DNA of 38,609 nt from Octopus bimaculoides (Eukaryota): the NCBI RefSeq assembly GCF_001194135.2, contig NC_068993.1, positions 24,324,084-24,362,692 of the forward strand, written 5' to 3'. The first letter of the stretch is position 1. Each line of letters starts with the position of its first letter. This document shows positions 11,917 through 22,673 of the stretch, piece after piece. Below the pieces are notes generated by a model, which saw only the letters and a list, made by a program, of their open reading frames with translations, was not told the DNA's origin and ran no database searches. Both the position numbers and the translations under genes were made by a program.

Positions 11917-13520
11917 TCCTATTCAAGAAATTAATATTAGCTCGTATCTTTGTACTGGGAGTAGAATGGAACAGGTGGGTTGATTTATATTACATCATAA
12001 ATAACATACTTAACATGTATTTCACTAATGAATACTAATGCGTATTGCATTTCACAATAAACAATTTCATAAAAGATTATAACTACGGGTCTTCAGAGAA
12101 ATTTTGTAATTCGTATCAGTGCAAAAACTCAGAATTGTCACTAAGTGATTCTAAAATGAATTACAATATTCATCTAATGGATAAATCCACTGCAGTAACC
12201 GTGGAGTAAACAATTTCTTGTGGTAAGATGTCTAAAAACACCGTACATGCCCAGCGCTAGCCCTGCCGCATTGCCAAATAATGCGTTTGTAGCTCTTTAG
12301 GTGTTAACAATGGGAAATAGCGAAGAGAGGTAAATCTGAACAGAGGTAACTCTGAACAGAGTCAACAATATATTGTAGCTAACATATTTTAACTAACCTA
12401 AATTTCACTTATGTATAAACACTGAGTGGCACTAATACTGCTGAATTTCTTCACATTTGGCTGTCTAACAGCGCAAATCAGTCAATGTTGTTGACTGCGT
12501 TTTAGTTAAAGCCACGGTTTGAAACTGTCCAGAGTCACGCCTCTTCTGTATTTCCTATTGATAACTGCTAAAGAGCTAGAAATGCAGCGTCTGGAGTTCC
12601 TTCATGAGGCAGCATTCGGCACATCTCGTGTTTTTACACATTTTATCATGTGGGAGGGTTTTCTATAAGGTAACTGCAGTTAATTTGCTTTTTGGAGATT
12701 GAATATGTCACAGAATATCATAAGAAAGATGAAATTCGCATGTACATAATATATAATATATACGTATACATATACATGCATATTTATTCAACTTACGATG
12801 AAAGTAAACAAAGTTTGCTTATATATATATACGTATATATATATGTATGTATNNNNNNNNNNNNNNNNNNNNNNNNNNNNNNNNNNNNNNNNNNNNNNNN
12901 NNNNNNNNNNNNNNNNNNNNNNNNNNNNNNNNNNNNNNNNNNNNNNNNNNNNNNNNNNNNNNNNNNNNNNNNNNNNNNNNNNNNNNNNNNNNNNNNNNNN
13001 NNNNNNNNNNNNNNNNNNNNNNNNNNNNNNNNNNNNNNNNNNNNNNNNNNNNNNNNNNNNNNNNNNNNNNNNNNNNNNNNNNNNNATAAGTATAATATAA
13101 TACAAATAAATATAAGATCAAGATAATAAAATGACTACACGTGTTTCGTAATCAATTTTCAAATAGAAATATATATATATATATACGCGTGTGAGTATAT
13201 ATACATCGCTGTGTAAATTAATTTTTTTATATACACACACCCGTAGTGAAAGTCAATCCGTAGCACTTCCTAAGCTCAGTAAACCCACGCAACAAATTTC
13301 TTGTACAAGAATACCTTCCCCTAAAATGAAGTTCTGCCGAGATATAGAGGTCTTTCACTCCCAATCAGTCGTCACATGCTAGTTTATCCACAACTAGGAC
13401 AATGACAGGTACTTCACTTCTGATCAGAGTAAACCTGGGAACAATAATAGCTCAGATCCGATTCCACACTCTTTAAAACCCAAGAACTTGTCCTTGTTTT
13501 GAGTTTGAACTGCATCCAGC

Positions 13521-13775
13521 AGTAGCGAAGCTAAAGCACGCAAGCTGAATTCGCTTGGCACACATTGACCTTGAACTCTGCCCTGCATGCGCACTAACTT
13601 TTAACGCTCTAGCTCAGTTCCGCTGTTTACAGCAGTGCTTGGAAGGAATATATGTAGCGTGTATATATGTAGCGTGTATATATGTAGCGGTGACCATGAA
13701 AGAGAAAGTTGAGCAGAGAATCTGCATCAAATTTGCCAAAATCTTGGCGATACTTGCTGAGAGGCCAACGCAAAC
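13521..13775 (+). mobile_element. mariner 5' arm (5' UTR plus transposase N-terminus)
   Basis: ATG at 13696 gives MKEKVEQRICIKF/CQNLGDTC*EA (mariner HTH start); upstream sequence is homologous to the minus-strand arm at 14170-14330; contains a 15-nt unit TATATGTAGCGTGTA repeated about three times. Confidence 0.8.
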
Positions 13776-14362
13776 TTTTCAAAATATGTTTATTCTTCTG
13801 GACACAATCAAGGAGATCTTGTACAACTGAAACCCGAGTGTCCCTTTAGCCATCTGAAAGCAGTTTGGTAGACACGCATCTCATTCCCCAATCTTCAGTG
13901 ATAATGGACTGAACTGAACCATAACTAATCTGCAACTCCTCTGATAACTCACAGATGATGATTCGACGATTTCCCTTTACAGCTGCATACATATCTGCGA
14001 TATTTTTCTCAGTCCTGCTGGTTGCAGGTCTCCCAGAACGTTCGTCAATGTCGACATTTTTATCCCATCTTAAAAATGTCTGAACTACTTGTACACTTGT
14101 GTGCGGCTCATACACTCCTCTCCATACACTTTCTTCTAGGTATCGCTATGACAGCTTTCTCTATCATGGTCAATGCGACGATCACACGCTACACACCTTC
14201 TTTCAAGCACTCTTGTAAACAGCAGAAGTGAGCTATAATATTAAAACTTGGTGCACATGCATAGCAGAGACCAAGATCACTGTGTGCTAAGCGACTTTAC
14301 ACTGCGTGCTTTCGCTTCGTTACTATGGTAACAATCCGGATACTTATTGATCAGACCTCGCA
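13776..14362 (-). mobile_element. mariner 5' half with terminal inverted repeat
   Basis: TIR-like gcgaggtctgatcaataagtatccgga at the right end; peptides DERSGRPATSRTEKNI...ELSEELQISYGSVQSIITEDWGMRCVSTKLLSD and DTRVSVVQDLLDCVQKNKHILKSL (mariner HTH2/linker region); no catalytic DD34D region. Confidence 0.85.
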
Positions 14363-14769
14363 TATATATGTATATATACATACATAGATACACGCATTTA
14401 CACACACATACACTCACACACACGTATATACGTATATTATTGATATGTGTTTGAGTGTATAAAGAGAGAGACAGGGAGTGATACAGACACTGAGACAATT
14501 TAGAGGGAGGGAAGGAGATCTGGCTATATGTAATACATTAGTACACCTGCATTTATAAACGTAAATATTAAAAATTAGCTTCATAAGTTCGATGATAAAA
14601 AGAAAAGATAGATAAACAATTGGTAGCTTTTGGATAATAAACATCGATAATTGCATAAACATGACAAGTTAAAGTTGTAAAATATACTTCACGGTTACAG
14701 GAGCTGAATTAGTTATTAGCATGCAGTTAATGTCATTTGCAACCACCTAGTTTTCCAGATGAATTCAAT

Positions 14770-14900
14770 AGACAGGCAGACAGACAGGCAGACAGGCAGA
14801 CAGGCAGACAGGCAGACAGGCAGACAGGCAAGCAAATAGACAGGCAGACAGACAGATAGGCCGTAGGCATAGAGATATGTTGACAGACAGACAGACAGAC

Positions 14901-14958
<58 letters not shown>
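14770..14958. repeat. compound microsatellite (GACAGGCA)n-(GACA)n-(GATA)n
   Basis: Seen directly. Confidence 0.95.
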
Positions 14959-15814
14959 CAATTGGTTACAATGCTAATTTTATGGATAACACAGAACTAT
15001 CAAGAGTTTGGTTTCAGTTGTATTTTCTCTGCCAAATATTAATTGCGTATTTGAACACAGAAACCGTATTAGACCGGTCATGACTTTATGGTAAATATTT
15101 GAAAAACAGCCATTGGTTTCTATAATGAAGAATATTTCATGAACACCATTTGCTTCCAAAACATCTTTGCATTTCCTCTATAAATTGCCAGCTGCAGGCA
15201 TCATATTTCATATATTATTCAAAATTGTGTCTACATCCCATAGATGTCATGGTCTTGGTTATATTAGCTTCGGTCCATGTAGCAGTTGTAATAATAATGG
15301 ATTACTTTGGGACGAGAAGAATTTCAATATTTGTACTGATTAATCATTTGTATAAATATTCGTAACGTTTACTCTTTGTCTTCGCTCGACGTTTCATGTT
15401 TTCTCATTATGTAACATGAAATGGTTGGTTCACTTTCGCTTTAGAATTGAATAATGTTTTAATACCGCAATTACAAATGATTAACCAACAGAATATTATG
15501 GCCTCATCAACTACGAAATTGAATATAATTCTTACATTTCATCTGTAGTTTACTACGTTGTAGTATCATATTAGCAGAGAGTTCAAAAAATAGCACTACA
15601 ACTCGTATCATAATTTTAGATATATAATATACAATAACATCAGCTGAATTTATATCTGGTTTAGATGTAATTAATTAAAGTTCAAGTATGGAAATTAACA
15701 CTCAATATACTTTGTGATCCTAACTAATTTTTTTTTTAAAGTTTTGTGTTGGTCAAAAATACAGCTTAGAGAAACATCTTTTTTAAAGTATTATAACTGT
15801 TAATCTCTCAGCAA

Positions 15815-15990
15815 TTACCCTGCGCGCGTAAGTGAAAGCAGAATATTGTAATCACTTTGTCTGTCTGTGTGTTTCAAATTTACTGGAAAACGGCTGAAAG
15901 GATTTTCGTCGCATTTGGCAGAAATACTCATTGGGTGAGTGGCTCGAAATGCTGAACATTTGGTTTGATTGTCTTTAAAAAAGTTGTTTT
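15815..15990 (+). mobile_element. Helentron/DINE-1-like non-autonomous fragment
   Basis: attaccc... start, (GTCT)(GT) microsatellite, then aaaacggctgaaaggattttcgtcgcatttggc, the same layout as the 5' part of the element at 16294. Confidence 0.4.
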
Positions 15991-16191
15991 TTTTAATTTT
16001 TTAAATCGAACTCACAAATTTCCCGATAAGCAAGTGGTCATATTATTTTATTCACTTTCTTTTACATATGAATCGACCTGCATCTGCCTAGTATAGATTA
16101 TGATGTACCTATGCTCATAGACACGTGTGCATACATACATACATAAGTACATACATAGATATGCGACTCTGTGTGTGTATGTGTGTGTGTG

Positions 16192-16228
<37 letters not shown>

Positions 16229-16293
16229 ACAGTGATGGATTCGAGGGTATCGTTTATTTATCAATTGATTTCTTAATTTCACCGGAGTATAAA

Positions 16294-17250
16294 TCTCACT
16301 ATAATGGGCGTTATGTCCGTCTGTCTGTTCCCTTTTCACGGTCAAACGGCTGGACCAATTGTCACGAGGATTTTCGGCATTACGAAGGAAGTAATCAGGA
16401 AGGTTTTTAGCGAAAGCAATGTGGAAACGTATGATTATATAGTGGATTTTAAGGATAATTGTTCAGCTTACGGGCGTAAAAAAAGTAAATAAAAATTAAG
16501 GAGTATATAAGTAGTAAAAGAAGCAAAGGGAAGTAAGTCAACTTACTTTTGATCATACTGCATACACATCTGATACAGCATCCAAATAGTGAACAAAAAT
16601 TTTATTCTTCTCCACTGAATTACGCCATAAAAAACTCATGCAAATACGAACAAAAACAAAGCCTCTGAAGTGCTGAATTGACGGCGTAATTTGTGTTTCT
16701 GATATTTTCCATGTTTCCAATATTTTCTTCAGGTACAATCACCTCGTGAGTGTATACGCTACCATATAAATTTCCAGTATTATGGTACGATCGACAGCCA
16801 TCACTTACCATGTGACTTCCTGGCAGAATCCATCGTTGAATTAATGCTATCAAAATCTGCTCTCTATTCTGCCGAAGACCCATACCCCTTAATTTTTATT
16901 TAGCTTTTTAAGCCCGTAAACTGAACAATTACCGATATTGAGTTTTGTATTAATAAATCACTTTCGATTCATTTTTACTTTGTTAAAATTCCGGTGACGT
17001 ATAGTTCGTGAATTAGAGAGTTTAAATTTGCGACACTATCCTGTTGTTTCCCATCGTAGATGGTCAGACTTCTAAAGACTCGCTCACGCATTCACAGCGA
17101 ACAGTGCCAGACTTGTGATCGTGTAGGTTTATTTTTACCCATTCCGATATTTATACAGGGCCAGTTATACGTCGCTATGAGTAGAACAACGGACTCCAGT
17201 AATTTGAAAATTAGTGTCGACCAAACAGAAAATATCGTCTACAAATAAGT
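16294..17250 (+). mobile_element. internally deleted Helitron (5' end plus helicase C-terminus)
   Basis: A|TC start with GTCCGTCTGTCTG and aaacggctggaccaatt. ORF 17060-17248 QCQTCDRVGLFLPIPIFIQGQLYVAMSRTT...TENIVYK matches the PIF1-like helicase C-terminal motifs (QGQTLDRVGI...HGQLYVALSR...TxNIVY). 3' CTAG/hairpin end not confidently located. Confidence 0.8.
16553..16883 (-). mobile_element. Merlin / ISXO2-like (IS1595-family) DDE transposase fragment
   Basis: NREQILIALIQRWILPGSHMVSDGCRSYHN...YTHEVIVPEEN, then SYLHE/FLWRNSVEKNKIFVHYLDAVSDVY across frameshifts, typical of ISXO2-like transposases. Confidence 0.8.
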
Positions 17251-18050
17251 TTTATAATCATATTGATATTATCGAAAGGAATATGATTCATAATTTAAAT
17301 AAGGAAATTTGTGAACCTCGAATGTATAAGAGTATAAACAAGCATAAAATAGTGTCAACACCTAAAATAAAACTATATATAAATAACATTTCTTGTCTTA
17401 ATACTTTTTATGTAGTGGTGGAATAACGCTCTAGCTTTCGTTAGGTGTGGTCCACATAACCATTCATGGTACAAAGGCTGGGAGCCTCTTTCAGTTCGGG
17501 AGTGTATCGTCATCACATGTCACTTAGTCGCAAACACATGCCGTACAACTCCAATACAATGCTGTATCACCAATAATAATGTAATTTCTCTAAGACATCA
17601 CCCAGTAATCTATCAATTCCATTTACACATTTCTCAATACGTACTGCTGTTGTGACTTCCCTCCCTCATTTTATGCCTCTATCATAGATGGGTATATTGG
17701 CTAGTACCTATAATGGTGATACTTAAAAAAAAAGGGATAATTCAGCTCAATTAAAAGGCCTGGGTAAGCAACTCATTGTAAGCCACACTATAATTTGCGA
17801 AAAAAATTCTCTGCGCACAGGGTATGCATCGCCACTCCGATGACTTTTTTTTTTCGTCTATTCTGAAATAAAATCTTAATTATGGAAGTTTTAATGTCTT
17901 TGCCAATAACCAAAGTAATTCTTGGGAACTATGATTTCCTTAAGCTTATTTTAAAGTTAGATTAACAGATGCAATAAGCTTTTAGTGTAGAGATAAGTAT
18001 AATAGTTCAAATACAGTACAGATTAGCTTTAGTTTTACGAACATATGTTA

Positions 18051-18079
18051 AAAAGGATAGGGTTTAACCCTATCCTTTT
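18051..18079. repeat. perfect 14-bp inverted repeat with 1-nt spacer
   Basis: aaaaggatagggtt-t-aaccctatcctttt. Confidence 0.95.
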
Positions 18080-18138
18080 GGATATCATTCGGTATTTATC
18101 TATATGTGTGGACAAAAACTGTAAATGAAAATATTTGA

Positions 18139-18331
18139 TTTCAAATTTTGGAAAAACAGTGGTAAGTTCCGGGTGGGGGAAATAAGTCGATTAAGTCAAA
18201 CCAGGTACTCAACTGGTACTTATTTCATCGATTTCGAAAGGATGAATTGGAACTCATAACGTAAAGACGAGAAAAAAATGCTGGTAAGCATTTCGCTCGG
18301 GCTGCTAACGATTCTACCATCACGCCGCCTT
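18139..18331 (-). mobile_element. SINE family 3 copy, internally deleted, degenerate TSD
   Basis: Reverse complement is homologous to 30789-31001; flanks tgtaaatgaaaatat / tgtgaatgaaaatac (13/15). Confidence 0.85.
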
Positions 18332-18757
18332 TGTGAATGAAAATACTCAGTACATTTTATTAAGTTCAATGGTCTGAGAATGGCTTTCGTTACTTATGTT
18401 TGAAATCGATAGAGCTAGTGATATTCATATATGTGATTGTACATATAATACATTGTACTTTCATCACTTTTGTAACGTTATGACCAAAATATTAATTAAT
18501 ATTTAAAAACCAGACATTCAATGATATATGCCGCGATTCTTTTTATATGGTGCGGAAATTAAATTAACTGAAAAGTTTTCAATTTTCCCTTATAAATTGT
18601 TTGCCAATTTTACGTCATTACGCAATGATTTTCTTTTGTTGTATTTTAGAATTAAAATAGGATAGAGTATTTTTCTGTAAGATTGAATTCCAGCCAAATA
18701 CTCTAATATAAGTCTCCCATTGTTTTTTCATCAAATTAGATAATTTAATCTTTCCTG

Positions 18758-18860
18758 TCTCCTGCGACAGACCAGCGTCCGGTCCAAGGGGCAATATATA
18801 TGCAACAGAATCAGAGAAACCAGATTTACGAGGCTATAGATCGAGAAAGACCTTTCATGT
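18758..18860 (+). mobile_element. SINE central/3' fragment (possible Nin/Deu-like domain)
   Basis: cctgcgacagaccagcgtccggtccaagggg...gagaaacc resembles the recalled CCTGCGATGGACTGGCGTCCCGTCCAGGG...GAAACC SINE domain; no head seen. Confidence 0.4.
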
Positions 18861-19010
18861 TTTTCTTTTTCTTAATCTTCCAATGGAGAATATATTTTTA
18901 TATTTAGAAGTAAAATGTAGAAGTATCGAAAAATATAAACATATGCCTTTGTTAACGAGGGCTCCGAGGGTTCTAGAGGTGAAGTTCTCTATTAAGTATA
19001 GCTGTAAACA

Positions 19011-19210
19011 TGCTTGCGAGATGGTAGAATTCTTAACATGCTGGTCAAAATGCTTAGCAGAATTTCGTCCGTTTTTACATTCTACCCAGGTCCTCTTTGC
19101 CTTTCATCCTTTCAGGGTTGATCAAATAAGTACCAGTCGAGTGCAGAGATCGATGTAATCGACTTGCTCACTCCTCTGAAAATGCTGGCCTTGTACCATA
19201 CTTTGAAGCC
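19011..19210 (+). mobile_element. SINE family 3 copy with degenerate 20-bp TSD
   Basis: Contains ttgcctttcatcctttcagggttgatcaaataagtaccagt; flanks attaagtatagctgtaaaca (18991-19010) / attaattatagctataaata (19211-19230), 16/20. Confidence 0.85.
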
Positions 19211-20849
19211 ATTAATTATAGCTATAAATACATTCGTTGTTTCGAGTCCTGTATCACCAAACCAAACCAAACTAAACCTTCGTATTACATTGCCATGTTA
19301 TTGCATTTGGTTAATAACAACTACGAAAGCAACGACGACGATGAAGCTGATAATGTTATTTCAATGGTCAAAAGTGCCCAAGACATTGAGGGTAAAATAA
19401 GTCAGTTCATTCTAGGGTAACTTGAAATATCATGTTTGCATTTTGTATACCTAATTACTTGAGACTGTGTATAACTTATATTAAGCCCACCCTGTAGCTT
19501 GGAGAAAAATCTAATTCCAACCGAGTTCATCCCCTACTGTTAGCTAATGACCCCCTTTAACGTTTATGACACTTCATGAGGGATCTTTAAGTGAGAAAAT
19601 ACATACACACATTTGATTCACAATACATTAATGCCAGTTGAATAGAAGAAGCGCACTTGAAAGACTAATGACCATCTGCGCACGGTGAGAGATCTATCTG
19701 AGCAAACTCTGTTTCAGCTTTAAGATGGCTTACAACATGACCCCATTCTCCGACTGTGAAGTCACTTTGAATATCTAGCATAGTTGAACATCCTCGAAAT
19801 ACTTAGTGCCCGTATGATGCATTACAAAAGGAGCTTGATGCGGAATATGTAACCAACGAGAGGTGTAGCTGTTAAAGGAAGTATCTCTCAGGGTGATTTG
19901 GCATTTGTTATCAGGCCAATATCTATCTCAGTGGCATTTAGAAAGGTCAACATGGCTTAAAAAATAAGGAGAAATGCATTTTATTTAAATCATTTCTTCT
20001 TCACAGATGACTAAAAAATTAATGATATTGTCCATTAGTAAAGAAATGAAGAGGTGAAAACAACATATTTAAAAAGCTTTAAGATTGTATTGAAGTTCAG
20101 ATTCAATTGAAAATATTTGATAAATGTGATCAGCACATGCTTTAAAATGCTAAAATAGCTAATTAGATGAAAGACTAAATAGACGATCCATTAGTCGGAA
20201 AATTGGAAAAAAGCCCTAGCTGTGTATGGAGTGCTTCTTCCGAAAGCAAATGTCAGTTTTCATATGGAAGAGCATATGTCAGTAAATTACTGCAAATAAT
20301 TAAGAGCTATTTAAATATGGTGTAAGGGAACCTGAATGACCAAAAGCATGCAAAACGCAGAATAAGATAAGACACACGAAAATTGCAATTATATGGTCAT
20401 TTCTACAGAGACGTAAAAATGTAAAAATTGTGGTTCAATGGGGGAACGGCTCCGAAGATGAGATTTCAAGAGAGAAACGTTATATGTTGCTGACTGCTCT
20501 ACAAGTGTAATGAACAAGGTTATCATTTCACCATTTTACCGAACAAGTGTCACCTAAGTTAGCAGTGTAGGGAATATATGCATCATAGTGTAGCAGACTA
20601 CAAACTTTTCGCTCCTTTATTAATGATATTACACTTCAGCTGAATTCTATAAATCTTTTGAATCTAAACGAACATGATTGAAAATTCCTGTAGGGTTTTG
20701 ATAATTAGACAGACATAATAATTGAAAAGAATTCAGCAGATACCCCTGATGTGGCACGAGAGAGGAATTACTTCATAAAGGACGCTGCATCAAATATTTC
20801 TAAGAAAAATATTGCAGACAAAGGAATAAGAAATACTTCGAAATATGCT

Positions 20850-22392
20850 GAATTATAGGTATAAATATCAATGATGCGAGTGAGCTAAACATGGAAAGTT
20901 AACATCAAAACATTGGACATTGACGCTGGAAAGATTACAAAGGCGGAAGCGCGTCAGGCTCTTAAGAAGACTCAGAACAGATAAGCGCCAGGGTGTGACG
21001 AGCTACCAGCCGAACTCTTCAAGGTGGACAAGGATGTGACAGCACATGTGTTAACCAAATTGTACAGAAAAGCATGCACAGTGAAAGAATACTTGACAAG
21101 TGGCAAAAAGTGATTATTGTCAAATTACCAAAGAAATGCGACTTGAAGGAATGCTGGAATCGAAGAAGAATGATACTACTCCCTGTAATGAGTAATGTTA
21201 TGGGGCAAGTCATCATTGAGAGAATACAGAGAGGAGCCGATCAGGGAAGAGTAGGTTGGAATCCGCGCAAATATTCATCTTCAGAAGCATTTTAGAGCAA
21301 CTCTAGGAGTGGAGAGAATATTGTATGTTCATTCCGTTGATTTTGAGGAAACCATGGACTGAGTCCACCGCTGAAGGAGTGCAAAATGATGGAGCCGTAA
21401 GGTATACATGACAAGCTGACGACAACTTCGAGGGTACATTAGTGGACGATGGTGACAAGATAAGATGGATAAAGCTTACAACTGGAGTGAATCAGGGATG
21501 TGTTATGTCAGGTTCTCAGTTTCTCATGGTGATAGACTGGGTCAGACGAAGAACAACTGTAAGGCATGGGAATGGCGTTCGATTGAAACTCACGAGAACG
21601 CTCGAAGATCGCGACTTCGCGGACGAAGTGGTGATTGCTATCATCCACTAACTAACACATCATGAGCAAGGTACACAGACCGGAAGAGAAGGCTGACAGA
21701 ATCTGTCTTAAATTCATCCCAGAAAGATGTAAAACACTAAGGATTAATGCCAGACAACAAGATCGTATGAGAACTGGTGATAACGTGGTGGAAGAGGAAG
21801 ACTTTGCTTATCTCATGGCGACAATCAAGAAAGACAGCGGGAGAACGTAGGATATAAAGAGCATAATGTCCAAAGCCAGGAAAGCATTGTACAATCTAAC
21901 AACATCATGGAGAAGTAAAAGTAAAGGCCGCAAAACGAAGCTGAAACTGTTCAAGACAATGGTCCGACCAGTATTATTCTACGGATGTGAAAAATGGTGA
22001 CAAAAATGTAAGAAAAAACAATGGACAGCTTCCAATTCACATGCTTGAGGAGAATTATCGACATTAAGAGTCCAAATTTTCACAATTGACATTACACAAT
22101 GGAGATTACGTCAGCAAGGCCAGTGACGAACAAAGACGCAGATGCTGTTACTGGATCGGACATGTCCTCGAGCAAGATCGAGAATGCGATTGTATTGTGA
22201 CACTAATGTGACAGCCTGAAGGGAAAAGAGCAGCAGAGCGCCCTAAAAACCTCATGGTGAAGCCATTGACAAGGAGAGAAGACGAGAAGGGTGGATAAGC
22301 TGGAATGAGACCAGAATAGTGGCAGGAAACACAGCTGGTTGGAGAGATTGTGCTGCAGCCTTATGTGGCTCATGGTACGGAGAGAACTAACT
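20850..22392 (+). mobile_element. 5'-truncated, degenerate RTE-clade LINE (reverse transcriptase region to 3' end)
   Basis: KAEARQALKK...APGCDELPAELFK, KWQKVIIVKLPKKCDLKEC, GVNQGCVMS, LEDRDFADEV, WIGHVL...PEGKR, ending WRDCAAALCGSWYGEN*; many stops and frameshifts. Start is approximate. Confidence 0.9.
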
Positions 22393-22587
22393 AATTAAGC
22401 ATAACTCCACAGCTCTAGAAAAAAGGAAAGTTATCAAAAGATCTAGAACGGTTGGACAAATAGTGATAAAATCTAGGACTCATATTCTTAGAATGGCACT
22501 TATTGTCTAATATAGTTTGTCAAATAATGGCAGTTAATTTGAAGAAAAATCAACAAAACCAGTATTTTATAAATATATTGTTCAATA

Positions 22588-22650
<63 letters not shown>

Positions 22651-22673
22651 CAGCAGAAGTAGCAGTAGTAGTA
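22588..22673. repeat. (TAG)n microsatellite
   Basis: Seen directly; explains the poly-V and poly-Y ORFs. Confidence 0.98.

Larger units (their letters stand above)
12100..15700 (+). pseudogene. TLR-like pseudogene C, interrupted by a gap, a mariner dimer and microsatellites
   Basis: FCNSYQCK (12102) and IHCSNRGVNN (12185-12214), LRR-NT; ALPNNAFVAL*VLTMGNS (12268-12321); KELEMQRLEFLHEAAFG (12570-12620); PQLGQ*QVLHF (13388); PNINCVFE (15032) and TICF/PKHL, LRR-CT; TM-like VMVLVILASVHVAVVIIMDYF in ORF 15150-15365; LNNVLIPQL (15447) and EFISGLDVIN (15646), TIR-like. Confidence 0.6.

Noticed and set aside
12480-12670. Promoter plus 5' UTR exon with donor AG|GTAACT
   Set aside because: No independent support; the sequence encodes the LRR-like KELEMQRLEFLHEAAFG.
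5935-13126. Long ORFs of 80-250 aa containing X runs
   Set aside because: Artefacts of N gaps (6047-6642, 8070-8245, 8930-8939, about 11080-11576, 12853-13085; likewise 31253-31562) and flanking microsatellites.
13390-13520. Minus-strand SINE head (gcagttcaaactc)
   Set aside because: No A box or family homology; explained by LRR remnants and the mariner arm.
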